A stretch of DNA of 64,000 bases from the human T2T-CHM13v2.0 reference genome, Homo sapiens, in NCBI RefSeq assembly GCF_009914755.1, contig NC_060925.1. One strand, given 5' to 3'. Position numbers and translations under genes: made by a program. Shown here one piece after another: positions 1 through 15,000 of the stretch. Position 1 is the stretch's first letter, and the number at the start of each line of letters is the position of its first letter. The notes under the pieces are model-generated. The model had not been told where the DNA came from. It made no database searches and saw only the letters and a list, made by a program, of their open reading frames with translations.

Positions 1-3000
1 TGGAATGGAATGGAATGGAATCAGCTGCAGTGGAATGGAATGGAATAGGATGGAATGGAATGGACAGGAATAGAATGGAATGGAATATAATGGAGTGGAA
101 TCAACACGAGTGGAAATGAATGGAATCAAATTGAATGGAATGGAAGGAAAGGAATGCAATGGAATGGAATCAACCTCAGTGGAATAGAAAGGAATGGAAT
201 GTAATGGAATGGAATGGAATGGAGTGGAATGGAATGGAGTGGAATGGAATGGAATGGAATGGAATGGAGTGGAATGGAATGTGTTGGAATGGGATGGAAT
301 CAACCCGATTGGAACGGATTGGAATGGAGTGGAATGGAATGGAACGGCATGGAATGCAATGGAATCAACTAGAATGGAATGGAATGGGATGGATTGGAAT
401 GGAATCAAACGGAATCAACCTGAGTGGAATGCAATGGAATGGAATGGAATGAATGGAAAGGAATGGAATGGAAACTAATGGAATGGAATGGAAAGGAAAC
501 AACCCGAGTGGAACGGAATGCAATGGAATGCAATGGAATGGAATTGAATTCAATGTAATGGAAACAAACCGAGTGGAATGTAATGTAATGGAAAGGACTG
601 GAATGTAATGGAATGGATTGGAATCAACCCGATTCCAATTCAATGGAATGGAATGTAATGGAATGGAATGGAATGGAAAGGAATGGAATGGAATGGAAGG
701 GATTGGAATGGAATGGAAAGGAATGGAATGAACTGGAATGGAATGGAATGGAATATAATGGAATGGAATGCAATGGAATCAACCCGAGTGGAGTGGAATG
801 GAATGGAATGGAAATGAATGGAATGGAATGTAATGGAATGGAAACTAATGGAATGGAATGGAAACAACCCGAGTAGAATGGAATGCAATGGAATGGTATG
901 GAATGGAATGGAATTGAACGGAATGGAATGGAATGGAATGGAATGGAATAGAATTCAACGGAATGGAAACACCCCGAGTGAAATGGCATGGAATGGAAAG
1001 GACTTGAATGTAATGGAATGGATTGGAATGGCATGGAATTTAACGGAATGGAATGGAATGGAATAGAATGGAATGGAAAGGAATGGAATAGAATGGAATG
1101 GAATCAACTCGAGTGGAAAGGAATGGATTGGAATGGAATGGAATGGAAAGGAAAGGAATGGAATGCAATGGAAGGCAATGATATGGAATGGAGTCACCCC
1201 GAGTGGAATGGAATGGAAAGGAATGGAATTAAATGGAATGGAATGGAATGGAATGGAATGGAATGGAATGGAGTGGAATGTAATAAACACCAGTGGAATT
1301 TAATGTAATGGACAGGAATGGAATGCAATGGACAGGAATGGAATGGAATGGAATGGAATGCAATGGAGTGCAATGAAATCAACCCGATTGGAATGGAATG
1401 GAATACAATGGAATGGAATGGAATGGAATTAACCCGAGTGGAATGTAACGTGATGGAATGGAAAGGAATGGAATGAAATCAACCGGAATGGAATGGATTG
1501 GAATCGAGTGGAATGGAATGGAATGGCATGGAATGCAATGGAATCAACTAGAATGGAATGGAATGGAATGGAATGGACAGAAATGGAATGGAATGGAATG
1601 GAATGGAATGGAATGGAATGTATTGGAATGGACTAGGATGGAATGGAATGGAATGAAATCAACCCGATTGGAATGGAATGGAATGCAATGGAATGGAATG
1701 GAATCAACTGGAAAGGAATCAATTGGAATGGAATGGAATGGAATGGAAAGGAATCAACCCCAGTGGAATGGAATGGAATGGAAACGATTATAATTGAATG
1801 GAATGGAAGCAATCCGTGTGGAATGGAATGGAATTGAATGGAGTATAATGGAATGGAATGGGATGGAATGGAATTCAATGTAATGGAAACAAACCGAGTG
1901 GAATGTAATGGAATGGAAAGGACTGGACTGTAATGGAATGGATTGGAATCAACCCGATTCCAATGCAATGGAATGGAATGGAATGGAATGGAATAGAATA
2001 GATTGGAATATAATCAACTCGTGTGGAAAGAAATGGAATGTAAAGGAATGGAAAGGAAAGGAAAGGAATGGAATGCAATGGAATGCAATGGTATGTAATG
2101 GAATCAACACGAGTGGAATGGAATGGAATGAAAATGAATGGAATGTAATGCAATGGAATGGAGTGGAATGGAATAAACACCAGTGGAAGGGAATGCAATG
2201 GAATGGAGTGGACTGGAATAAACACCAGTGTAATGGAATGGAATGGAATGGAATGGAATGGACTAGAATGGAATGGAATGCAATGAAATCAACCCGATTA
2301 GAATGGAATAGAATGCAATGGAATGAAATGGAATCAACTGGAAAGGAATGAAATGGAATGGAATGGAATGGAATGGAATCAACCCGAGTGGAATGGAATG
2401 GAATGGAATGGAATGGAAAGGAATGGAATGGAATAGAATGGAATGGAAACAACTCGAGTGGAAAAGAATGGAATGGAAAGGAATGGAATGGAAAGAAAGG
2501 AATGGAATGCAATGGAATGCAATGGTATTTAATGGAATGCAATGTAATTCAATGTAATGGAAACAAACGGAGTGGAATGTAATGGAATGGAAAGGACTGG
2601 ACTGTAATTGAATGGATTGGAATCAACCCGATTCCAAGGCAATGGAATGGAATGGAATGGAATGGAATGGAATGGAATGGAATGGAATGGAATGGAATGG
2701 AATGGAATAGATTGGAATATAATCAACTCGTGTGGAAAGAAATGGAATGTAAAGGAATGGAAAGGAAAGGAAAGGAATGGAATGCAATCGAATGCAATGG
2801 AATGCAATGGTATGTAATGGAATCAACACGAGTGGAATGGAATGGAATGAAAATGAATGGAATGTAATGCAATGGAATGGAGTGGAATGGAATAAACACC
2901 AGTGGAAGGGAATGCAATGGAATGGAGTGGACTGGAATAAACACCAGTGTAATGGAATGGAATGGAATGGAATGGAATGGACTAGAATGGAATGGAATGC

Positions 3001-6000
3001 AATGAAATCAACCCGATTAGAATGGAATAGAATGCAATGGAATGAAATGGAATCAACTGGAAAGGAATGAAATGGAATGGAATGGAATGGAATGGAATCA
3101 ACCCGAGTGGAATGGAATGGAATGGAATGGAATGGAAAGGAATGGAATGGAATAGAATGGAATGGAAACAACTCGAGTGGAAAAGAATAGAATGGAAAGG
3201 AATGGAATGGAAAGAAAGGAATGGAATGCAATGGAATGCAATGGTATTTAAGGGAATGCAATGTAATTCAATGTAATGGAAACAAACGGAGTGGAATGTA
3301 ATGGAATGGAAAGGACTGCACTGTAATTGAATGGATTGGAATCAACCCGATTCCAAGGCAATGGAATGGAATGGAATGGAATGGAATGGAATGGAATCAA
3401 CCAGAGTGGAATGGAATGGAATGGAATGGATTGGAATGGAATGGAATGGTATGGAATGGAATAGAATGGAATGGAATCAACTCGAGTGGAAAGGAATGGA
3501 ATGGAAAGTAATGGAATGGAAAGGAAAGGCATGGAATGCAATGGAATGCACCGGTATGTAATGGAGTCAACCCGAGTGGAATGGAATGGAATGGAATGAA
3601 AATGAATGGAATGCAATGCAATGGAATGGAGGGGAATGGAATCAACACCAGTGGAAGGGAATGCAATGGAATGGAGCGGACTGGAATAAGCACCAATGGA
3701 ATGGAATGGATTGGAATGCAATGGAATGGAATGGAATGGACTAGAATGGAATGGAATGGAATGAAATGAACCCGATTTGAATGGAATAGAATGCAATGGA
3801 ATGAAATGGAATCAACTGGAAAGGAATGAAATGGAATGGAATGGAATGGAATGGAATCAACCCGAGTGGAGTGGAATGGAATGGAATGGAATGGAATGGA
3901 ATGGAATGGAATGGAATGGAATAGAATGGAATGGAAACAACTCGAGTGGAAAGGAATGGAATGGAAAGGAATGGAATGGAAAGGAAAGGAATGGAATGCA
4001 ATGGAATGCAATGGTATGGAATGGAATACAATGGAATTCAATGTAATGGAAATAAACCGAGTGGAATGTAATGGAATGGAAAGGACTGGACTGTAATTGA
4101 ATGGATTGGAATCAACACGATTCCAATGCAATGGAATGGAATGGAATGGAATGGAATGGAATCAACCCGAGTGGAATGGAATGGAATGGAATGGAATGGA
4201 ATGGAATAGAATGGAATGGAATCAACTCGAGTGGAAAGGAATGGAATGGAAAGGAATGGAATGGAAAGGAAAGGCATGGAATGCAATGGAATGCAATAGT
4301 ATGTAATGGAGTCAACCCGAGTGGAATGGAATGGAATGGAATGGAATGAAAATGAATGGAATGCAATGCAATGGAATGGAAGGGAATGGAATAAACACCA
4401 GTGGAAGGGAATGCAATGGAATGGAACGGACTGGAATAATCACCAGGGGAATGGAACGGAATGGAATGGAATGGAACGGAATGGAATGGAATGGACTAGA
4501 ATGGAATGGAATGGAATGAAATCAACCCGATTAGAATGGAATAGAATGCAATGGAATGAAATGGAATCAACTGGATAGGAATGAAATGGAATGGAATGGA
4601 ATGGAATCAACCCGAGTGGAATGGAATGGAATGGAATGGACTAGAATGGAATGGAATGGAATGAAATCAACCCGATTAGAATGGAATAGAATGCAATGGA
4701 ATGAAATGGAATCAACTGGAAAGGTATGAAATGGAATGGAATGGAATGGAATGGAATCAACCCGAGTGGAATGGAATGGAATGGAATGGAATGGAATGGA
4801 ATGGAATAGAATGGAATGGAAACAACTCGAGTGGAAAAGAATGGAATGGAAAGGAATGGAATGGAAAGAAAGGAATGGAATGCAATGGAATGCAATGGTA
4901 TTTAAGGGAATGCAATGTAATTCAATGTAATGGAAACAATCCGAGTGGAATGTAATAGAATGGAAAGGACTGGACTGTAATTGAATGGATTGGAATCAAC
5001 CCGATTCCAAGGCAATGGAATGGAATGGAATGGAATGGAATGGAATGGAATGGAATCAACCAGAGTGGAATGGAATGGAATGGAATGGATTGGAATGGAA
5101 TGGAATGGTATGGAATGGAATAGAATGGAATGGAATCAACTCGAGTGGAAAGGAATGGAATGGAAAGTAATGGAATGGAAAGGAAAGGCATGGAATGCAA
5201 TGGAATGCACCGGTATGTAATGGAGTCAACCCGAGTGGAATGGAATGGAATGGAATGAAAATGAATGGAATGCAATGCAATGGAATGGAGGGGAATGGAA
5301 TCAACACCAGTGGAAGGGAATGCATTGGAATGGAGCGGACTGGAATAAGCACCAGTGGAATGGAATGGATTGGAATGCAATGGAATGGAATGGAATGGAC
5401 TAGAATGGAATGGAATGGAATGAAATGAACCCGATTTGAATGGAATAGAATGCAATGGAATGAAATGGAATCAACTGGAAAGGAATGAAATAGAATGGAA
5501 TGGAATGGAATGGAATCAACCCGAGTGGAGTGGAATGGAATGGAATGGAATGGAATGGAATGGAATGGAATGGAATGGAATGGAATGGAATGGAATAGAT
5601 TGGAATATAATCAACTCGTGTGGAAAGAAATGGAATGTAAAGGAATGGAAAGGAAAGGAAAGGAATGGAATGCAATGGAATGCAATGGTATGTAATGGAA
5701 TCAACACGAGTGGAATGGAATGGAATGAAAATGAATGGAATGTAATGCAATGGAATGGAGTGGAATGGAATAAACACCAGTGGAAGGGAATGCAATGGAA
5801 TGGAGTGGACTGGAATAAACACCAGTGTAATGGAATGGAATGGAATGGAATGGAATGGACTAGAATGGAATGGAATGCAATGAAATCAACCCGATTAGAA
5901 TGGAATAGAATGCAATGGAATGAAATGGAATCAACTGGAAAGGAATGAAATGGAATGGAATGGAATGGAATGGAATGGAATCAACCCGAGTGGAATGGAA

Positions 6001-9000
6001 TGGAATGGAATGGAATGGAAAGGAATGGAATGGAATAGAATGGAATGGAAACAACTCGAGTGGAAAAGAATGGAATGGAAAGGAATGGAATGGAAAGAAA
6101 GGAATGGAATGCAATGGAATGCAATGGTATTTAATGGAATGCAATGTAATTCAATGTAATGGAAACAAACGGAGTGGAATGTAATGGAATGGAAAGGACT
6201 GGACTGTAATTGAATGGATTGGAATCAACCCGATTCCAAGGCAATGGAATGGAATGGAATGGAATGGAATGGAATGGAATGGAATGGAATGGAATCAACT
6301 CGAGTGGAAAGGAATGGAATGGAAAGTAATGGAACGGAAAGGAAAGGCATGGAATGCAAAGGAATGCAATGGTATGTAATGGAGTCAACCCGATTGGAAT
6401 GGAATGGAATGGAATGGAATGAAAATGAATGGAATGCAATTCAATGGAATGGAAGGGAATGGAATAAACACCAGTGGAAGGGAATGAAATGGAATGGAAC
6501 GGACTGGAAAATCACCAGTGGAATGGAATGGAATGGAACGGAATGGAATGGAATGGACTAGAATGGAATGGAATGGAATGAAATCAACCCGATTAGAATG
6601 GAATAGAATGCAATGGAATGAAATGGAATTAACTGGATAGGAATGAAATGGAATGGAATGGAATGGAATGGAATCAACCCGAGTGGAATGGAATGGAATG
6701 GAATGGAATGCAATGGAGTGGAATGGAATAAACACCAGTGGAATGGAATGGAATGGAATGGAAGGGAATGGAATGGAATCAACCCGACTGGAATGCAAAG
6801 GAATGGAATGGAAAGGCATGGAATCAACCCGAGTGGAATGGATTGGAATAGAGTGGAATGGAATGGAATGGCATAGAATGCAATGGAATCAACTAGAATG
6901 GAATGGAATGGAATGGATTGGAATGGAATCGAACGGAATCAACCTGAGCGGAATGGAATGGAATGGAATGAATGGAATGGAATGGAATGGAAACTAATGG
7001 AATGGATTGGAAAGGAAACAACCCGAGTGGAATGGAATGCAATGGAATGCAATGGAATGCAATGGAATGGAATGGAATGGAATGGAATTCTATGTAATGG
7101 AAACAAACCGAGTGGAATGTAATGGAATGTAAAGGACTGAAATGTAATGGAATGTATAGGAATCAACCCGACTCCAATGCAACGGAATGGAATGGAATGG
7201 AATGGAATGGAATGGAATGGAATTTAATGGAATGGAATGGAATGGAATGGAATGGAGTGGAATGGAATTTAATGGAATGGAAAGGAATGGAATGAACTGG
7301 AATGGAATGGAATGGAATGGAATTTAATGGAATGGAATGTCATCAACACGAGTGGTGTGGAATGGAATGGAATGGAAATGAATTTAATGGAATGGAATGG
7401 AATGGAACGGAACGGAATGGAAGAACGCGAATGTAATGGAATGGAATAGAACGGAATAAACACGAGAGGAATGGAATGGAATGTAATGGAATGGAATAGA
7501 ATGGAATGGAAGCAACTCGAGTGGAAAGGAATGAAATGGAAAGGAATGGAATGGAAAGGAAAGGAATGGAATACAATGGAATGCAACGGTGTGGAATGGA
7601 GTCAACACGAGTGGAATGGTACGGAATGGAATGGAATGAAATGGAATGGAATGGAATGCAATGGAATGGAGTGGAATGGAATAAACACCAGTGGAAAGGA
7701 ATGGAGTGGAATGGAATGGAATGGAATTTAATGGAATGGACAGGAATGCAATGGAATGGAATGGAATGCAATGGAATGAAATGAACCCGAATGGAATGGA
7801 ATGGAATGCAATATAAAGGAATGGAATCAACTGTAAAAGAATGAAATGGAATGGAATGGAATAGAATGGAATGGAATGGAATGGAATGGAATGGAATGGA
7901 ATGGAATCAACCCGAGTGGAATGCAATGGAATGGAATGGAATGAAATCAACCCAAGTGGAATGGATAGGAATAGAGTGGAACGGAATGGAACAGCATGGA
8001 ATGGAATGGTATGGATTGCAATGGAATCAACTAGAATGGAATGGAATAGAATGGAATGGAATGGAATGGAAAGGAATGGAATGGAATGGACAGGAAAGGA
8101 ATGGAATGGTATGAAATCATCCCGATTGGAATGGAGTGGAATGCAATGGAATGGAATAGAACCAACTGGAAAGGAATGAAATGGAATGGAATGGAATGGA
8201 ATGGAATGGAATGGAATGGAATGGAACGGAATGGAATGGAATCAACCCGAGTGCAATGGATTGGAATGGAGTGGAATGGAATGGAACGCCATGGAATGCA
8301 ACGGAATCAACTAGAATGGAATGGAATGGAATGGAATAAACAAGAGTGAAATGGAATGGAATGGAATGGAATAAAATGGAATGGAATCAACTCGAGTGGA
8401 GAGGAATGGAATGGAAAGGAATAGAATGGAATGCAAAGGAATGCAATGGAATGCAATGGTATGGAATGGAGTAAACACGAGAGGAATGGAATGGAATGGA
8501 ATGGAATGAAATGGAATGGAATGCAATGGAATGGAATGGAATGGAATCAACTGGAAAGGAATGAAAAGGAATGGAATGGAATGGAATGGAAACAACCCGA
8601 GTGGAATGGAATGGAATGGAATGAAATGGAATGGAATGGAATGGAATGGAATGGAACGGAATCAACCCGACTGGAATGGAATGGAATGGAATGGAATGGA
8701 ATGGAATGAAATCAACCCGAGTTGAATGGAATGGAATGGAATGGAATGGAATCGAATGGAATGGAGTGGAATGGAATGGAACGGAATGGAATCAACGCGA
8801 GTGGAATGCAATGGAATGGAATGGAATGGAATGGAATGGAATGGAATAAACACGAGTGGAATGGATTGGAATGGAGTGGAATGGAATGGAACGGCATGGA
8901 GTGCAACGGAATCAACTAGAATGGAATGGAATGGAATGGAATAAACACGAGTGGAATGCAATGGAATGGAATGGAATGGAATGGAATAAACCCGAGTAGA

Positions 9001-12000
9001 ATGGAATGGAATGGAATGGAATGAAATGGAATGGAATGCAATGCAATGGAATGTAGGGGAATGAAATAAACACCAGTGGAATAGAATGGAATGTAATGGA
9101 ATGGAATGGAATGGAATGGAATGGAATGGACAGGAATGGAATGGAAAGGAATGGAATGGAATGGAATGGACTAGAGTGGAATGGAATTAAATGAAATCAA
9201 CCCGATTGGAATGGAATGGAATGGAATCAACTGGAAAGGAATCAAATGGAATGGAATGGAATGGAATGGAATGGAATGGAATGGAATGGAACGGAAACAA
9301 CCCGACTGGAATGCAATGGAATGGAATGGAATGGAATGGAATGGAATGGAATGGAATGGAATGGAATAGAATGGAATGGAATGGAATCAACCTGAGTGGA
9401 ATGGATTGGAATGGAGTGGAATGGAATGGAACGGCATGGAATGCAATGGAATCAACTAGAATGGAATGGAATTGAATGGATTGGAATGGAATCGAAAGGA
9501 ATCAACCTGAGTGGAATGGAATGGAATGGAATGGAATGAATGGAATGGAGTGGAATGGATACAAATGGAATGGAATGGAAAGGAAAGAACCCGAGAGGAA
9601 TAGAATGCAATGGAATGCAATGGAATGGAATGGAATGCAATGGAATTCAATGTAATGGAAACACACCGAGTGGAATGTAATGGAATGGAAAGGACTGGAC
9701 TGTAATGGAATGGATTGGAATCAACCCGATTCCAATGGAATGGAATGGAATGGAATGGAATGGATTATAATGGATTGGAATGCAATCAATCCGGGTTGAA
9801 TGGAATGGAATGGAATGGAAGGGAATGGAATGCAACGGAAAGGAATGGAATGAACTGGAATGGAATGCAATAGAATGGAATTTAATGGAATGGAATGGAA
9901 TGGAATGGAATTTAATGGAATGGAATGGAATGGAATCAACGCGAGTGGAGTCGAATGGAATTGAAAGAATATTAATAGAATGGAATGGAATGGAATGGAA
10001 TGGAATGGAATGGAATGAAATGGAATGCAATGGAATGGAACAGAATGAACCCGAGTGGAATGGAATGGAATGGAAAGGCACGGAATGGAATGGAATGGAA
10101 TGCAATGGAATCAACCTGAGTGGAATGGAATGCAATGGAAGCAACCCGAGTGGAATTGAATGGAGTGGAATGCAATGGAATGGAATGGAGTGGAAGGCAT
10201 TAGAATCAACTGCAATGGAACGGAATGGAATGGAATGGAATGGAATGGAATGGAATGGAATGGAATGGCACGGAATGGAATCAACCCCAGTGGAATGGAA
10301 TGCATTACAATGGAATGGAAAGGAATCAATCCGGGTGGAATGGAATGGAATGGAATGGATTATAATGGAATGGAATGGAATCAATCCGGGTGGAATGGAA
10401 TGGAATGGAATGGAATGGAATGGAATTGAATGGAACGGAATGGAATGGAATCAACTCGAATGGAACGGAAGGGAATGGAGTGGAAAGGAATTGAAAGGAA
10501 TGGAATGCAAAGGCATCAACCCTAATGGACAGGAATGTAATGGAATGGAATCGAATGCAATGGAATGGAATGGAATGGAATGGAATGGAATATAATGGAA
10601 TGGAATGGAATGGAGTGTAATGGAATGGAATGCTACGGAATCAACCTGAGTGGAATGGAATTGAATGGAATGGAAGGCAATGGAATGGAATTTCATGGAA
10701 TCAAACCTAGTGGAATGGAATGGAATGGAATGGAATGGAACGGAATGGAATGCAAGGAATCAACTGGAAAGGAATGGAATGGAATGGAATGGAATGGAAT
10801 GGAATGGAATGGAACGGAATGGAATTAACCTGAGTGGAATGGAATGGAAACGAATGAAATGGAATGGAATGGAAAATAATGGAATGGAATGGAAACAACC
10901 CGAATGGAATGGAATTCAATGGAATGGAATGGAATGGAATGGAATGGAATTCAACGGAATGGAAACAACCCGAGTGAAATGGCATGGAATGGAAAGGACT
11001 TGAATGTAATGGAACGGATTGGAATCAACCCGATTAGAAAACAATGGAATGGAATGGAATGGAATGGAATGGAATGGAAAGGAATGGAATGGAAAGGAAT
11101 GGAATGGAATGGAAGGGAAGGGAATGGAATGGAATGTAATGGAAAGGAATGGAAGGGAATGGAAGGGAATGGAATGGAATGGAATCAACTGGAATGGAAT
11201 GGAATGGAATGGAAGCAACAAGAAGTGGCATGGAATGTAATGGATTGGAATGGAATGGAATCAACTGGAATACTATGGAATGAAATCAACCCGAGTGGAA
11301 TGGAATGGAATGGAATGGAATGGAATGGAATGGAATGGAATGGAATGCAATGGAATGGAACCACCTGGAATGGAATGAAATGGAATGGAATGGAGTGGAA
11401 TGGAATGGAATGGAATGGAATCAACCCGAGTGGAATGGAATGGAATGGAATGGAATGGAATGGAATGGAATGGAATGGAATCAACCTGAGTGTAGTGGAA
11501 TAAAATGGAATGGAATGGAATGGACTCAACCCGAGTGGAACGGAATTGAGTGGGATGGAATGGAATGGAATGGAATGGAATGGAATTAACCCGAGTGGAA
11601 TGAATGGAAAGGAATGGAATGGAATGGAATGGAATGGAGCGGAATGGAATAGAATGGAATCAACAAGATTGGAATGGATTGAATGCAATGGAATGGAATA
11701 GAATGTAATGGAACGGAATGGAATGGAATCAACCCGAGTGGGAGGGAATGGAATTGAATGGAAAGGAATGGATTGGAATCCACCCATGTGGAATGGAATG
11801 AAATGGAATGGAATGGAATGGAGTAGAATGGAAAGGAATGGAATGGAATGGAATGGAATGGAATGGAATGGAATGGAATGGAATGCAATTTAATTAAATG
11901 GAATGGAATCAACCAGAGTGGAATGGACTGGAATGGATTGGAATGGAAAGGAATTGAGTGGAATCAACCCGAGTGAAATGGAATGGAATGGGATGGAATG

Positions 12001-15000
12001 GAATGGAATGGTAAGGACTGGAATCAACCCGAGTGGAATGGAATGGAATGGAATGGATTCAACACGAGTGGAATGGAATGGAATGGAATGGAATGGAATG
12101 GAATGGAATGGAATGGAATGGAATCAACCCAAGTGGAATGGACTGGAACGGAATGGAATACAATGGAATGGAATGGAATGGAATGGAATCAGCTGCAGTG
12201 GAATGGAATGGAATAGGATGGAATGGAATGGACAGGAATAGAATGGAATGGAATATAATGGAGTGGAATCAACACGAGTGGAAATGAATGGAATCAAATT
12301 GAATGGAATGGAAGGAAAGGAATGCAATGGAATGGAATCAACCTCAGTGGAATAGAAAGGAATGGAATGTAATGGAATGGAATGGAATGGAATGGAATGG
12401 AATGGAATGGAGTGGAATGGAATGGAATGGAATGGAATGGAATGGAGTGGAATGGAATGGGTTGGAATGGGATGGAATCAACCCGATTGGAACGGATTGG
12501 AATGGAGTGGAATGGAATGGAACGGCATGGAATGCAATGGAATCAACTAGAATGGAATGGAATGGGATGGATTGGAATGGAATCAAACGGAATCAACCTG
12601 AGTGGAATGCAATGGAATGGAATGGAATGAATGGAAAGGAATGGAATGGAAACTAATGGAATGGAATGGAAAGGAAACAACCCGAGTGGAACGGAATGCA
12701 ATGGAATGCAATGGAATGGAATTGAATTCAATGTAATGGAAACAAACCGAGTGGAATGTAATGTAATGGAAAGGACTGGAATGTAATGGAATGGATTGGA
12801 ATCAACCCGATTCCAATTCAATGGAATGGAATGTAATGGAATGGAATGGAATGGAAAGGAATGGAATGGAATGGAAGGGATTGGAATGGAATGGAAAGGA
12901 ATGGAATGAACTGGAATGGAATGGAATGGAATATAATGGAATGGAATGCAATGGAATCAACCCGAGTGGAGTGGAATGGAATGGAATGGAAATGAATGGA
13001 ATGGAATGTAATGGAATGGAAACTAATGGAATGGAATGGAAACAACCCGAGTAGAATGGAATGCAATGGAATGGTATGGAATGGAATGGAATTGAACGGA
13101 ATGGAATGGAATGGAATGGAATGGAATAGAATTCAACGGAATGGAAACACCCCGAGTGAAATGGCATGGAATGGAAAGGACTTGAATGTAATGGAATGGA
13201 TTGGAATGGCATGGAATTTAACGGAATGGAATGGAATGGAATAGAATGGAATGGAAAGGAATGGAATAGAATGGAATGGAATCAACTCGAGTGGAAAGGA
13301 ATGGATTGGAATGGAATGGAATGGAAAGGAAAGGAATGGAATGCAATGGAAGGCAATGATATGGAATGGAGTCACCCCGAGTGGAATGGAATGGAAAGGA
13401 ATGGAATTAAATGGAATGGAATGGAATGGAATGGAATGGAGTGGAATGTAATAAACACCAGTGGAATTTAATGTAATGGACAGGAATGGAATGCAATGGA
13501 CAGGAATGGAATGGAATGGAATGGAATGCAATGGAGTGCAATGAAATCAACCCGATTGGAATGGAATGGAATACAATGGAATGGAATGGAATGGAATTAA
13601 CCCGAGTGGAATGTAACGTGATGGAATGGAAAGGAATGGAATGAAATCAACCGGAATGGAATGGATTGGAATCGAGTGGAATGGAATGGAATGGCATGGA
13701 ATGCAATGGAATCAACTAGAATGGAATGGAATGGAATGGAATGGACAGAAATGGAATGGAATGGAATGGAATGGAATGGAATGTATTGGAATGGACTAGG
13801 ATGGAATGGAATGGAATGAAATCAACCCGATTGGAATGGAATGGAATGCAATGGAATGGAATGGAATCAACTGGAAAGGAATCAATTGGAATGGAATGGA
13901 ATGGAATGGAATGGAATGGAAAGGAATCAACCCCAGTGGAATGGAATGGAATGGAAACGATTATAATTGAATGGAATGGAAGCAATCCGTGTGGAATGGA
14001 ATGGAATTGAATGGAGTATAATGGAATGGAATGGGATGGAATGGAATTCAATGTAATGGAAACAAACCGAGTGGAATGTAATGGAATGGAAAGGACTGGA
14101 CTGTAATGGAATGGATTGGAATCAACCCGATTCCAATGCAATGGAATGGAATGGAATGGAATGGAATGGAATGGAATGGAATGGAATGGAATGGAATGGA
14201 ATAGATTGGAATATAATCAACTCGTGTGGAAAGAAATGGAATGTAAAGGAATGGAAAGGAAAGGAAAGGAATGGAATGCAATGGAATGCAATGGTATGTA
14301 ATGGAATCAACACGAGTGGAATGGAATGGAATGAAAATGAATGGAATGTAATGCAATGGAATGGAGTGGAATGGAATAAACACCAGTGGAAGGGAATGCA
14401 ATGGAATGGAGTGGACTGGAATAAACATCAGTGTAATGAAATGGAATGGAATGGAATGGAATGGACTAGAATGGAATGGAATGCAATGAAATCAACCCGA
14501 TTAGAATGGAATAGAATGCAATGGAATGAAATGGAATCAACTGGAAAGGAATGAAATGGAATGGAATGGAATGGAATGGAATCAACCCGAGTGGAATGGA
14601 ATGGAATGGAATGGAATGGAAAGGAATGGAATGGAATAGAATGGAATGGAAACAACTCGAGTGGAAAAGAATGGAATGGAAAGGAATGGAATGGAAAGAA
14701 AGGAATGGAATGCAATGGTATTTAATGGAATGCAATGTAATTCAATGTAATGGAAACAAACGGAGTGGAATGTAATGGAATGGAAAGGACTGGACTGTAA
14801 TTGAATGGATTGGAATCAACCCGATTCCAAGGCAATGGAATGGAATGGAATGGAATGGAATGGAATGGAATGGAATGGAATCAACCAGAGTGGAATGGAA
14901 TGGAATGGAATGGATTGGAATGGAATGGAATGGTATGGAATGGAATAGAATGGAATGGAATCAACTCGAGTGGAAAGGAATGGAATGGAAAGTAATGGAA

